IMG/VR virus record: IMGVR_UViG_3300020463_002739
Coordinates: 1-58,694 of that record
DNA: 58,694 bases
Strand: one strand, 5' to 3'
Origin: a virus
Taxonomy: Duplodnaviria; Caudoviricetes
Below the pieces are notes generated by a model. That model worked only from the letters and a program-made list of their open reading frames with translations, was not told the origin of the DNA and made no database searches. Positions 29,861 to 40,177 of the stretch are shown here, in pieces. Every line of letters begins with the position of its first letter. Positions within the stretch are counted from its first letter, which is position 1. The translations under genes and the position numbers were made by a program.

Positions 29861-29864
29861 CCAC

Positions 29865-32800
29865 ATGGCTATTATAAAGAAATTTTCACCTTATCAAAAT
29901 TTAAGTGGGTATGGTGTCTTTTTAAAAGATACAAACCCTAACTCAGATTACTTTAGAATTACTGAGCTAGGAGAGAACTTGACTGGTGGTAAGAATGGAT
30001 TCCTCATTGAAGGTTCTGAGTGTTTAAAAGAAACAACAGAAATAAAAATAGAAATATTAGATGTAAATGGAAATCCAGTCTATTTCGAACCAGGTGGAGG
30101 TGCACCAGAATATTTTGAAGGATTATCAAAAGTAGTAGGTGTTTACATTTACGAGGATACTCCAATCGGACTTGGTAAGATAACGATATTAGGTGAACTA
30201 AAAGATTACTTTGATGAAGAAGGAAACAAAATAGATATACCAGATGATTGGAAAGATATCTATAATGTTAAATGGGAAAAACAGCTTAACATAAACAGAA
30301 ACCTTCCAAATGAATCAAGAGTACGATTTTTTAAAAGACCAAAGATATCAATAGAGGAATTATCAAAACCTTTATTTACAAAAACAATCCCAACTATTAC
30401 ACAAACTGGTAGTTTAGAGGGTACACCACAAGTTCCTGCCGAAGGACAGGATTATAGACAATATGCAGGTGGAGTACTTTATAAACTAACAAAAACTTCA
30501 GGTCCGAACTTTACCTCTTCTATTGATGAAAATGTAATATCATTCCCTTCAATCAATTATTTCCCAAATGTTAAAGAAGTGTTAAGTGAAACTGAGGTGT
30601 TGGTTGATACTCCATTTACAAGTTCGACGGGAATAGTACAACCATTCAGTAGTACTACATACACATCATCCTTTGAAAATAATGCGGGTGCAACAGTAGT
30701 AGAATCTGCACTGACTGGTTCATTTGCAAAAATAAAAATTACAAATTTAAAAACATTTGTTGGTGATGTTGCAAGAGTAAAAGTATTTAGAAAATCAAGA
30801 AACGAAACTGGTGATTTTCAATTTGTTCAAGAACAGTTATTAGAATCAACTGAATTACTAAAAGATATAACTACAGCAGCAGATACAGAATTATCTTATG
30901 GTGTATTCGATGATTACAATCTAACAACATATTGGATTAGTGGTTCTTCTACCCATCCAATTACACTTAATAACTCACAATTATTAAATGGTGTAAAGAT
31001 TGATTATGCAGGAAGTGGTACACAATTATTTTATACTTCTGAATCTATTGATTTTGGAAACAATATTGAATATAATCTAAGTTTCAAAACAAAACTAAGT
31101 GGTTCGGTAGATGAATCAAAACAAATCAGAGCATTTTTAAGTTCATCTGCATTCACACAATCCATAGTAACTGTTAGTGGTTCTGCCGATACATTACAAA
31201 AATTTGATGTATCAAAAAATATAATATCAGCAAATTCTGGTAGTGCAAGATTAGTATTTGAAATAAATGGTGATGATTGGTATATATCAAATGTATCTTT
31301 AAGAAACGCACAAGAATCGAGTTTTTCACCAGATGAATTCACATTAGTACAAGAAGTACCGAGAAAGTTAGATACTGAATTTTTTGATTTTAAATTTGAA
31401 TTCTACGATATAAATAACAATTTTATTCCTATCAAAGTAAAAGCAGCAAAAGAGTTTAGTGGAGGTAATTTAACAACAACATCAAATGTTAGATTATTAG
31501 AATTCGAAACTGATAGAACTGCATTTAGATTTTCAAGTGGTTCATTAGGTAATCCACCATTCCAACAATCGAGATTTAAAGTAACATCAAATGGGTTGAC
31601 TGGTTCAATTACATTTGCATCTGCAGCATTCGATAAAGCAGGAACATATATTAACCCATCATCTTACTCTGGGCCATATCCAGGTGGATTAACAACTAAC
31701 AATGTTTTAACTATTTCTTCATTTAGTGGGTCTGATACAAATTATATAGTAGGTTCAATAACCTATACCGCATCTATCGAAGATAAAGAAGAAATAGAAA
31801 CTATAACAAGATTCGAAGATGGTGAACCTGCATCTGCACTTATTGTAACATCAAACCAAAATCAGTTCTTTTATAAAGCAACAGATTTATCAGTTGAACC
31901 AAGTGGACAAGTAATAACGATTCAAGCACAAAGAAAAAACTTAGTATCAGATACTACTACAATCACTGCTAATAGTGGTAGTGGTAAACCTGGCCTTACT
32001 GTAGGTTCAACAACAAATGGTATAACTACATTTACTCTAAATGCATCTGATTATCCATTTGGGACAGGAAACACCACATATGAATTTAGTGGTTCTGATG
32101 AATTTGGTTCTGTATTTACAGATAGAATTTCTGTATCACCAGTCAAAAAATTAGATGGTATTAGTTTTAGTACTACAACAAATAATCAAACATTTAATGC
32201 AACTTCACAGAGTGCAGTATCATCACTAGCGGATAGTAGTGGTTCAGTAACATTTAGAATTGGTTCTGAAACTATTCAACACCAAAATGGATTATCATCA
32301 AATAACAGATTTGATATTGTTGGTATTACTGGTTCTGGTGTAACACCAACAGATACTACTCCAAGTAAAAATGAATATTCAATTTCTGCATTTGGTTCGG
32401 ATAGTGGTTCACTAACAATTAACATAAATTATAAAGATGGTAGTGGAGATGTAACTGAACATCAACAAATAGTAAATTATACAAAAGCAATTGCTGGTAA
32501 TGTGGGTTCAGATGGTGCAGATGGTGCAAGTGGTTCTGATGGTGCACCTGGAGCTGTTGGACCTGGAATAACTTACAGAGGAACATGGACTCTTAATGAA
32601 ACTTATGTTTCTTCATCTTTGAGAAGAGATGTTGTACAAGGTTCTAATGGAGAATATTATTTAGCTAAATCTTCTCATACTGCAAATAACGCTAATCAAA
32701 GACCAATTGATGGTGGTTCATACACAACATATTGGGATGCATTTGGTGCAACATTTAGTTCAGTTGCAACTGATATTTTATTCTCACAAGATGTATACGC

Positions 32801-35513
32801 AAATAGAACAGTAAATGTAGGTTCAAGTGGTTCTGGCTATCCAGTCATAGCATTAAATGCAGATACCTCAAACGCAGGAACAAATCAAAACCCATATATT
32901 GCAATTGGTGGAATTACTGCATATGCTGCATCAGAAGGAATTTATATAGGTAGACATGGTGGTAATAGTAATGTAATGAGTTTAAAGGGTGGTGCATCCG
33001 ATGGATTCCTTACATGGGATGGTAGTAATCTGAATATACAAGGTTCAATCAATATAACAGGTGGAGCAACAGCAGATTCCTTAAGTGCATTAAATGCAGA
33101 AACAAGTTCACTACAAACTGGTGTAACTAATTCTGTACTAAGTGGTTCTGCAGCAGCTTCAACTGCTCAATCAAATGCTCAAACTTTCGCGAGTACCGCA
33201 GCAGGAGATGCAGTAACAAGTGGTTCTTCAGCAGCTTCAACTGCTCAATCAAATGCAATTGCTTCATCAACTACACTTTTGAATACAAGTGCATCTGCTC
33301 TTCAAGGAAACATCGATACCGCTCAAACAACTGCAAATACTGGTGTTTCAAATGCTGCAACTGCTCAATCAACCGCAAATACTGGTGTTTCAAATGCTGC
33401 AACTGCTCAATCAACCGCAAATACGGCTATTGCTTCTGCTGGAGCTAGTGGTTCTGTTGACCCTACAACTGGTAAGTTAATAAAAGCAATATCACCAAGT
33501 GGAGCTGGTTTATTTTTGGGTGCAGACCAACTTGGATATTATGCAGGTGGTGCCTGGACATCATATCTATCAAGTAGTGGGGATTTTGAATTAAGTGGTA
33601 GTACTGGTTTCTTACAATGGAATCAAGGTTCGTCATCATTATTAGTACATGGTAGAATTAGTGGTTCACAAATAGAAGGTGGTTCTCTTGCAGGTAGTAC
33701 TATATCAATAGGTGCAGATGTAAACAATCCAAAATTCAATGTAGATGCTGATGGGAACATGACTTGTCAAGATGCAAATGTATCAGGTTCGATTAAATTA
33801 ACATCTGGTGTTGTAGGATTATGGGAAGCACAAGAATCATCTTCTGGTGGAAAATTTGTATCTGTAAATGATGATTTGATTTTAGACCCGGTCGTACCTG
33901 AAATAATATTCAAAACTGGTTCTGAAACTAAGTTAAGATTAAAACCAGCAGATGAATGGGCATCAACAAGTGGTGGAAATATCTCTATAAATGATATGAA
34001 TGTTTCACAGGCCGGAGGTTCACCACCATTACCAACAAGTTCTACAACCAGTACTTATTTGGTTTATGCAGCTGAAGAAGCACAATCATTAACATCAACA
34101 ACCTATACAATAGACCAAACTGGTACATATGAACTACAAGTCTATACTCCAAGTGCACTTGATATAAGTACACCCTCTTCAACTTCAGGTGGGACTGCTC
34201 AATATCCAAATTATAGTCCATCTTATCAAAATCAAACGCATCCACCATTTGCATTTAGTGGAAGTCCAAAAGCCCATTACTTTTACGTCTATGTGAGAGC
34301 AGTAAATCAATCAACAAGTGCTACAACTGATGTTTTAGTAAGTAGTGGTAATCGTCGTGGTGCCTATACAACAACTCAAACTTGGCAAGCTGTCTCGGCT
34401 GGATATGGATTACAATGGCAATCAAATTCTGGAACATACTATGCATCAAGTGATAGTGGTATAGTTTCATCAAATAGTCAAAAAACAGTTAATATAACAT
34501 TGGCTGCAGGAACTTATAAATTTCAGTATTATATAAAAATAGGTGCTTCAAGTGGGTTATATACTAATTATGATTCTTCTGGTAACGCCACAAATTATTA
34601 TCAAACAACAACTCCGAGTTCTGCAACATACACACTTACATCAACAAATCAGTATATGACTATCGTTATACCAACGAATGTTGTTGAATTAACTTCAAAA
34701 GGATTACAGGTTTTAAATGATTCAACAAAATATGTTCAGATTGAAAGACAGGGTAGTGGATGGGGGTCTCAACCAGTACTTATCAATGTAAAAGGTGGAA
34801 AAATAGATATTAATGGTGATAACACTTCAACTCAAGCAGATTTAGAAGCAAAATATGGATACTTTGCAACTTCTTCGATAAACATATTAATGCTAAATTA
34901 TAATAGTTCTCAAACGACACTTGGGAATCTTCGAAGTACTATTTACGCAGCAGGAGATTTTGACCCTGCATATAGTAGTACTGGTAACTCAACTCGCGAT
35001 ATGGGTAATACAAGTAGATGGTGGGATGAGATATACGCAGATAACTTTAACAACGAATCTGATGAAAGAATTAAAGAAAATATTAGTGGTTCAGAACTTG
35101 GATTAGATTTTATAAATTCATTAAGACCAGTACAATATAACTTTAAACAAAGTAGTAAGAAAAGAACCAGATACGGTCTTATTGCTCAAGAAGTTTCGGC
35201 ATCTCTTGGTCAATTTGGAAAAACTACTCAAAATTTTAAAGGATTAAATACAGGTTCAAGTAAAATTGCTGGTATAGAAAGTAAATTTAACAAACCAATT
35301 TCTGAAATAGTATCGAGTGGTTCACACTACTTACACACAGATTTAGAAGGAACTGGTTCAGGAGAAATAACACAAGAGTGGGTTGATAATGAAATTAGTT
35401 CATCTATATGGACACTAACTTACAATGAATTTATATCACCTTTAATTAAATCAGTACAAGAGTTATCTGCAAAGGTAACACAATTAGAAAATCAAATAAG
35501 TGGTTCTGAGTGA
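29865..35513 (+). CDS. long tail fibre/virion protein with C-terminal S74 intramolecular chaperone
   Basis: Collagen-like GSDGADGASGSDGAPGAVGPG followed by YRGTW, Ala/Ser/Thr coiled-coil repeats, and SDERIKENI...GLDFINSLRPVQY...YGLIAQEV...LIKSVQELSAKV. Confidence 0.85.
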   Translation: MAIIKKFSPYQNLSGYGVFLKDTNPNSDYFRITELGENLTGGKNGFLIEGSECLKETTEIKIEILDVNGNPVYFEPGGGAPEYFEGLSKVVGVYIYEDTPIGLGKITILGELKDYFDEEGNKIDIPDDWKDIYNVKWEKQLNINRNLPNESRVRFFKRPKISIEELSKPLFTKTIPTITQTGSLEGTPQVPAEGQDYRQYAGGVLYKLTKTSGPNFTSSIDENVISFPSINYFPNVKEVLSETEVLVDTPFTSSTGIVQPFSSTTYTSSFENNAGATVVESALTGSFAKIKITNLKTFVGDVARVKVFRKSRNETGDFQFVQEQLLESTELLKDITTAADTELSYGVFDDYNLTTYWISGSSTHPITLNNSQLLNGVKIDYAGSGTQLFYTSESIDFGNNIEYNLSFKTKLSGSVDESKQIRAFLSSSAFTQSIVTVSGSADTLQKFDVSKNIISANSGSARLVFEINGDDWYISNVSLRNAQESSFSPDEFTLVQEVPRKLDTEFFDFKFEFYDINNNFIPIKVKAAKEFSGGNLTTTSNVRLLEFETDRTAFRFSSGSLGNPPFQQSRFKVTSNGLTGSITFASAAFDKAGTYINPSSYSGPYPGGLTTNNVLTISSFSGSDTNYIVGSITYTASIEDKEEIETITRFEDGEPASALIVTSNQNQFFYKATDLSVEPSGQVITIQAQRKNLVSDTTTITANSGSGKPGLTVGSTTNGITTFTLNASDYPFGTGNTTYEFSGSDEFGSVFTDRISVSPVKKLDGISFSTTTNNQTFNATSQSAVSSLADSSGSVTFRIGSETIQHQNGLSSNNRFDIVGITGSGVTPTDTTPSKNEYSISAFGSDSGSLTININYKDGSGDVTEHQQIVNYTKAIAGNVGSDGADGASGSDGAPGAVGPGITYRGTWTLNETYVSSSLRRDVVQGSNGEYYLAKSSHTANNANQRPIDGGSYTTYWDAFGATFSSVATDILFSQDVYANRTVNVGSSGSGYPVIALNADTSNAGTNQNPYIAIGGITAYAASEGIYIGRHGGNSNVMSLKGGASDGFLTWDGSNLNIQGSINITGGATADSLSALNAETSSLQTGVTNSVLSGSAAASTAQSNAQTFASTAAGDAVTSGSSAASTAQSNAIASSTTLLNTSASALQGNIDTAQTTANTGVSNAATAQSTANTGVSNAATAQSTANTAIASAGASGSVDPTTGKLIKAISPSGAGLFLGADQLGYYAGGAWTSYLSSSGDFELSGSTGFLQWNQGSSSLLVHGRISGSQIEGGSLAGSTISIGADVNNPKFNVDADGNMTCQDANVSGSIKLTSGVVGLWEAQESSSGGKFVSVNDDLILDPVVPEIIFKTGSETKLRLKPADEWASTSGGNISINDMNVSQAGGSPPLPTSSTTSTYLVYAAEEAQSLTSTTYTIDQTGTYELQVYTPSALDISTPSSTSGGTAQYPNYSPSYQNQTHPPFAFSGSPKAHYFYVYVRAVNQSTSATTDVLVSSGNRRGAYTTTQTWQAVSAGYGLQWQSNSGTYYASSDSGIVSSNSQKTVNITLAAGTYKFQYYIKIGASSGLYTNYDSSGNATNYYQTTTPSSATYTLTSTNQYMTIVIPTNVVELTSKGLQVLNDSTKYVQIERQGSGWGSQPVLINVKGGKIDINGDNTSTQADLEAKYGYFATSSINILMLNYNSSQTTLGNLRSTIYAAGDFDPAYSSTGNSTRDMGNTSRWWDEIYADNFNNESDERIKENISGSELGLDFINSLRPVQYNFKQSSKKRTRYGLIAQEVSASLGQFGKTTQNFKGLNTGSSKIAGIESKFNKPISEIVSSGSHYLHTDLEGTGSGEITQEWVDNEISSSIWTLTYNEFISPLIKSVQELSAKVTQLENQISGSE
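33140..33424 (+). repeat. intragenic tandem repeats in fibre shaft (42-nt x about 2.5; 39-nt direct repeat)
   Basis: GCAAATACTGGTGTTTCAAATGCTGCAACTGCTCAATCAACC at 33333 and 33375, partial at 33417; AAGTGGTTCT(G/T)CAGCAGCTTCAACTGCTCAATCAAATGC near 33140 and 33218. Confidence 0.9.
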
Positions 35514-36502
35514 AAATATTAGTAACAACAGGTTGTGGTAACATAATACAAGGTGGAGCAGATATATGGGTCAATCACTTTATTGATTTAGTTCTACCAA
35601 AACTCAAAGATGATTATTTTATATTTGTAGATGGAAAAAAGCCAGTAGGTTGGGAATCTGATATAAAAAATATTCACTTTCATGGAGATGATTCTAAACG
35701 CTCTAAAGAACTTTTAGAGGAGTGTGATGAAATACACTTCTTACACGCAAACTATCACAAGAGAGAACACTTATGGGAACATAAGGATAAGTGGGGAATT
35801 ATATTTGTACATGCATATTTACCTGATATGTTAAAGTATGGTGATTCAATAAAACAATTTAACACAAATGTAAATGAAGATGATTTCTTAGAATTACTAC
35901 ATCATTGTAAAAAAAGAATTTGGATAGGAAATAACGATTCTCAACTTTTTGAGGATTTTCCTAAAGAAACTTATACTGTAACAAATTTTTATCAATTCAA
36001 ACAAAATGCATTACCAAATGTTAAAAATTCAAAAATAGGATTTACATCTCGAATAGAATCAAGAAAAAATATTCACTATTTAAATGGATTTGATGGTGTT
36101 GTATTATCAAATCAATACGATTGGAAAAATATTACTGAAAACTCTGATTATGATTTTAGTAAATATAAATTTTATCAATGGGATATAAATATACTTGAAC
36201 CATTTATGAAATTAAATTGGGGGATTTCACATTCCTGTCACACTAATGAACCATTTGGATATTCAATCTTTCAAGCAATTGATTGGGGTAAGTTACCAAT
36301 CATTCACGAGGATTGGGGAAAAGAATGTGATTACAAATATCGTGCAAAAAATTTAGTAAGTTTTAAATTTGCTTACAACGAAATTCTTGGGGATACAAGA
36401 ATGAAACACTTAAAAGAGTTTATGAAACTAAAATCGTATATGAAAAAGTTTGATAACAAAGAAAAGTGGGCAAAGAAAATTTCTGTTTTCTTTAATTCTT
36501 AA
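35510..36502 (+). CDS. glycosyltransferase, GT-B/GT4-like
   Basis: MKILV...QGGADIWV; IGFTSRIESRKN; EPFGYSIFQAIDWGKLPI. Confidence 0.75.
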   Translation: MKILVTTGCGNIIQGGADIWVNHFIDLVLPKLKDDYFIFVDGKKPVGWESDIKNIHFHGDDSKRSKELLEECDEIHFLHANYHKREHLWEHKDKWGIIFVHAYLPDMLKYGDSIKQFNTNVNEDDFLELLHHCKKRIWIGNNDSQLFEDFPKETYTVTNFYQFKQNALPNVKNSKIGFTSRIESRKNIHYLNGFDGVVLSNQYDWKNITENSDYDFSKYKFYQWDINILEPFMKLNWGISHSCHTNEPFGYSIFQAIDWGKLPIIHEDWGKECDYKYRAKNLVSFKFAYNEILGDTRMKHLKEFMKLKSYMKKFDNKEKWAKKISVFFNS

Positions 36503-36529
36503 TATATATGTATATACGATTATTGTTAC

Positions 36530-37312
36530 ATGAGTCTTATAAACTTCAACTTGGTAAAAGAGTTTTTTACCAACAATCAAATTAAATATAAAGACAAGGA
36601 GGGTAAAGAACATACCCAACTTGAACCTGTGAAATATAGGTGGACTCATGGTGCAACTGATAAATATCTTGGTGATGGGTTATTGGTTTATTCCATCATC
36701 CAATATATGAAATACAAAACTTGTGTAGTTCTCGGTAGTGGTGGAGGATTCATACCAAGAATCATCTCTCAGGCAAGAATAGATTTACATGATTTCGGAA
36801 TTTTTGATGGAAACAAAGCAATGGAGTATGGTGATTCAGGCACTACTATCTTAGTAGATGCTAATAATGGAGTGAATGGACAACCAGATTGGGTAAAAGA
36901 AGATTCATTCTTTAGAAGTAACTTTCCATGTAGAATCATTCTAAATACTACCGAAGATGCGTACTACAACTATTTTGTAAAAGAAGAAATAAAGATAGAT
37001 TATTTGCATATTGATGCAGGACATTCCTACAAAGATGTAGCGAATGATTTCAACTTATATTCTAAGTTAGTAAAGGAAGATGGGATAATTGCTATCCACG
37101 ATACTGATTTAGATTACGAAGAAAACCACATTGTAACTGATGATGTTAAGGAAGAACAACATCAAAGTTATGCGGAGGGGCCGAATAAATTAATTAAAGA
37201 AATTCAAGATAGCGGAGGATGGGAAGTTTTCAATTTCTTCAATCACAAACAGAAAGTAAATTATCCAAGTTCAACTGGACTAACTTTTCTGCAGAGGAAG
37301 AAGATAAAATGA
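36530..37312 (+). CDS. class I SAM-dependent methyltransferase (Methyltransf_24-like)
   Basis: VVLGSGGG; IDYLHIDAGHSYKDV..DF......GIIAIHDT. Confidence 0.85.
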   Translation: MSLINFNLVKEFFTNNQIKYKDKEGKEHTQLEPVKYRWTHGATDKYLGDGLLVYSIIQYMKYKTCVVLGSGGGFIPRIISQARIDLHDFGIFDGNKAMEYGDSGTTILVDANNGVNGQPDWVKEDSFFRSNFPCRIILNTTEDAYYNYFVKEEIKIDYLHIDAGHSYKDVANDFNLYSKLVKEDGIIAIHDTDLDYEENHIVTDDVKEEQHQSYAEGPNKLIKEIQDSGGWEVFNFFNHKQKVNYPSSTGLTFLQRKKIK

Positions 37313-38157
37313 TTAATTTAGTTACTGTTGTAGGACACAATACTACGATGTTGCCACATATGTTGAAACACTATCAAGATATCGTAGATGAAATATTCGT
37401 TGTTGTCTACCGACAACACGAAAACGACGGCATATTAGAAGATATTGAGAGTTTGGGAATAAAACCCTACAAGGTAGTAACCGAACCTAAATTTAATTGG
37501 GAAAGAGTTACTGAGTTGTATAATGAGGTTAAGATGACCAAACCAAATGAATGGTGGATAGTATCGGATGATGATGAATTTCATTTATATCCAAAACCTA
37601 TTAGAGAAATGATTGATGAATGTGATGAAAATGGTTGGGAGTTTATAACGGGTGGATTCATTGATAGAATAGGAGAGAATGGTACTTTTCCAAAAATAAA
37701 AAAAGAAAGTAACATATGGGAACTTTTTCCATATGCTGGTTTTTTTAGGTATCCACTTAGTGGTGCCTGTCCCAATAAATGTTGTGTGATGAAAGGTAAA
37801 ATTCATGTAACAAGTGGCCAACATTATGCAATCATTGATGGGGATACTGTGTGGGGAGAAGAGGGTGCAAAACATCCTCTTCGTTACCCGCCTGGTAGGG
37901 GTGAAGGATTTATACAAGTTCATCACTTCAAATGGGATTCAACTGTTTTAGAACGATTAAAAGAAGTTTCAGAAACAGAAGAAGATTACACTTTTTGGAA
38001 AGAATACAAAAAGATGTATGAGGCAATCAGAGATTCTGATTGGAAAATAAATGTTGACGAACCAAAGTTTGGATTAGAAAAACAAGTTCCTTTCGAAAAC
38101 GAACATTGGGATTATCAGCATTGGAATAGATTAAGTAAAGGAATAATTAAAATTTAA
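37309..38157 (+). CDS. glycosyltransferase, GT2/GT92-like
   Basis: MLPHMLKHY..IVDEIFV, EWWIVSDDDEFH, GQH, VHHFKW; start moved to the ATGA overlap at 37309 (track uses 37219). Confidence 0.7.
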   Translation: MINLVTVVGHNTTMLPHMLKHYQDIVDEIFVVVYRQHENDGILEDIESLGIKPYKVVTEPKFNWERVTELYNEVKMTKPNEWWIVSDDDEFHLYPKPIREMIDECDENGWEFITGGFIDRIGENGTFPKIKKESNIWELFPYAGFFRYPLSGACPNKCCVMKGKIHVTSGQHYAIIDGDTVWGEEGAKHPLRYPPGRGEGFIQVHHFKWDSTVLERLKEVSETEEDYTFWKEYKKMYEAIRDSDWKINVDEPKFGLEKQVPFENEHWDYQHWNRLSKGIIKI

Positions 38158-38161
38158 AATT

Positions 38162-38344
38162 ATGGCAAACGAAACACAAAAAGTTATCGAAGAAAGAAAA
38201 GTAAAGGCATTAGAAAAGATTGCTAATTCTTTAGATGCACTTACTTTATGGTTTGAAGAAATCGATAAAGATGAATGGGGACCAAGAATGGAATGGTATC
38301 TATCATTGTGGAAAGATAAGTACATAGGTAAAGATGAAGAATAA
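38162..38344 (+). CDS. small hypothetical protein
   Basis: 60-aa ORF overlapping the next gene. Confidence 0.6.
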   Translation: MANETQKVIEERKVKALEKIANSLDALTLWFEEIDKDEWGPRMEWYLSLWKDKYIGKDEE

Positions 38345-39758
38345 ACTTGGTGTAATAGTTCCTTATAGAAATAGGTCAACTCATCTTGAAAAGTTTTTAA
38401 AAGAAGCACCAAAAAAGTTAAGAGAACAAGAAATCGATTATGAAATTATCGTTGTTGAACAAGCAGATGATAGTCCATTTAATCGAGGAAAGTTACTTAA
38501 CATTGGTGTAACGAAAGCAAAAGAGAGAGGTTGTACCTATGTTGCTCTACATGATGTGGATATGATACCATTACGCGTTGATTATTCACCCGTTGATAGA
38601 CCAACTCACCTTGCAACACATTTTACATCATATCATGGAGAAAAAAGAATTATCTTTGATGAATATTTTGGAGGAGTAACTTTGTTTCCTATTATGGATT
38701 ATTACAAAGTAAATGGTTACTCAAACAATTATTGGGGTTGGGGATATGAAGATGATGATTTGATGTATCGTTGTAGAGAAAACTATATGGACTTTAATAC
38801 CAAACAATTACCAATAAAAACAACTAATTCAGCTGGATTAAGATTTAATGGTATTGATTCTCAAGTTAAAATACCAAAACCATATCACTTTGATAATTTT
38901 ACTATATTACTAACATTTGAACCAGACCCGATTGAATGTGATGAACAAAGGGCAATAGATGAGTATTCTATTTTAGCAGTACCAGGTTATGATATGGGGT
39001 TTTCATATAATTCATTTAGAAGATTTAAGTTTGAAACATTTACAACTAAAAAAGAATGTATCAGTTTAAAATCTGTTATTACTGAACCAAGAAGAACTAC
39101 ACTTATGGTAGTGGTTGACCAGTATAACAAATTTATTAAGTTTTATCAAGATGGTGAATTAATAGATGAACATGAATATAAAGGTAGATTGATGAGATAT
39201 GATAAAGAAAAATTTATTTATCTTGGTCAAACTCCTCAAGCAGACCATAACGCGAGGAGACCATTTAAGGGTAGGATTGATTATCTTGCTATTTGGAATC
39301 ATTCTTTAGAAGAAGGACAAGTACAAGCAATTTATGAAAACTTACCAATGGGTGTGTTAGAGCAATTTAAAGGATACACTACACCACATTGTTTGGAAGG
39401 TGTTTACGATGCAAAGGCATCTACATACCACAAAATGATTGATTTGACTGGTAATAATAGGAATGGTAAGATATACCATTGTGATAGAGAAAATGTTTAC
39501 CACGAGGAAGATTTTAAAGAAGTTGCTGTACCATGGCGAAAAGAAGGACACTTTTTATTACTACCTCATGTAGATAATGGGTTCTACGAAAATAAATGGG
39601 TTTATACAGAAACAAGAAAAAATCAAGTTAGGTTTTACAATAAAGTTTTAAAAGGTAAAACTAATTGGAGAAGAGATGGGATGGATACATTAAGATATAA
39701 ACTAATGAGTGAAACTGAAATTGAAAATGGAATATTATTATCATGTCAACTAACATAA
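38334..39758 (+). CDS. GT7 beta-1,4-galactosyltransferase-like protein with inserted LamG/ConA domain
   Basis: VIVPYRNR, FNRGKLLN, HDVD, YFGGV, VNGYSNNYWGWGYEDDDL; LamG segment (LRFNGIDSQVKIP...FYQDGE...FKGRIDYLAIWNHSL...DLTGNNRNG); then G.F..LPH...N..RF...DGMDTLRY. Confidence 0.85.
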   Translation: MKNKLGVIVPYRNRSTHLEKFLKEAPKKLREQEIDYEIIVVEQADDSPFNRGKLLNIGVTKAKERGCTYVALHDVDMIPLRVDYSPVDRPTHLATHFTSYHGEKRIIFDEYFGGVTLFPIMDYYKVNGYSNNYWGWGYEDDDLMYRCRENYMDFNTKQLPIKTTNSAGLRFNGIDSQVKIPKPYHFDNFTILLTFEPDPIECDEQRAIDEYSILAVPGYDMGFSYNSFRRFKFETFTTKKECISLKSVITEPRRTTLMVVVDQYNKFIKFYQDGELIDEHEYKGRLMRYDKEKFIYLGQTPQADHNARRPFKGRIDYLAIWNHSLEEGQVQAIYENLPMGVLEQFKGYTTPHCLEGVYDAKASTYHKMIDLTGNNRNGKIYHCDRENVYHEEDFKEVAVPWRKEGHFLLLPHVDNGFYENKWVYTETRKNQVRFYNKVLKGKTNWRRDGMDTLRYKLMSETEIENGILLSCQLT

Positions 39759-40177
39759 CGAAATACGAATTAGGTGTTATCGCTGGAAACTTTGATGTAA
39801 TCCATCCAGGTTATATTAAGATGTTTCAAGAGTGTAAAGAATACTGTGATAGATTTTTAGTACTTTTACATAGTGACCCATCGATTGAAAGACCGGAAAA
39901 ATTAAAACCTATTTTATCTGTAGGAGAAAGAATAGAAATGTTACTTTCAATAAAATATATTAATGCAGTAGAAACATATACTTACGAATCTGAACTTTAT
40001 AAACTATTAGAAAAACATAATCCAAATATCAGATTTTTAGGAGATGATTATCGAGGTAAAACTTATACAGGTTTTGAATTAAACACACCCGTCCATTATC
40101 TAAACAGAGACCATGGATGGAGTACAACAAAATTTAAAAAATTAATTCACGATGGCGTTAAAAAACAAATGGGATGA
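39743..40177 (+). CDS. cytidylyltransferase-like protein (TagD/RfaE family)
   Basis: AGNFDVIHPGY, KPILSVGER, GDDY, R.HGWSTT. Confidence 0.85.
   Translation: MSTNITKYELGVIAGNFDVIHPGYIKMFQECKEYCDRFLVLLHSDPSIERPEKLKPILSVGERIEMLLSIKYINAVETYTYESELYKLLEKHNPNIRFLGDDYRGKTYTGFELNTPVHYLNRDHGWSTTKFKKLIHDGVKKQMG

Noticed and set aside
33140-33424. CRISPR array or DGR template/variable repeat
   Set aside because: Repeats are in-frame, without unique spacers or adenine-specific mismatches, and no reverse transcriptase or cas gene is in the window. The same holds for 19117-19225.
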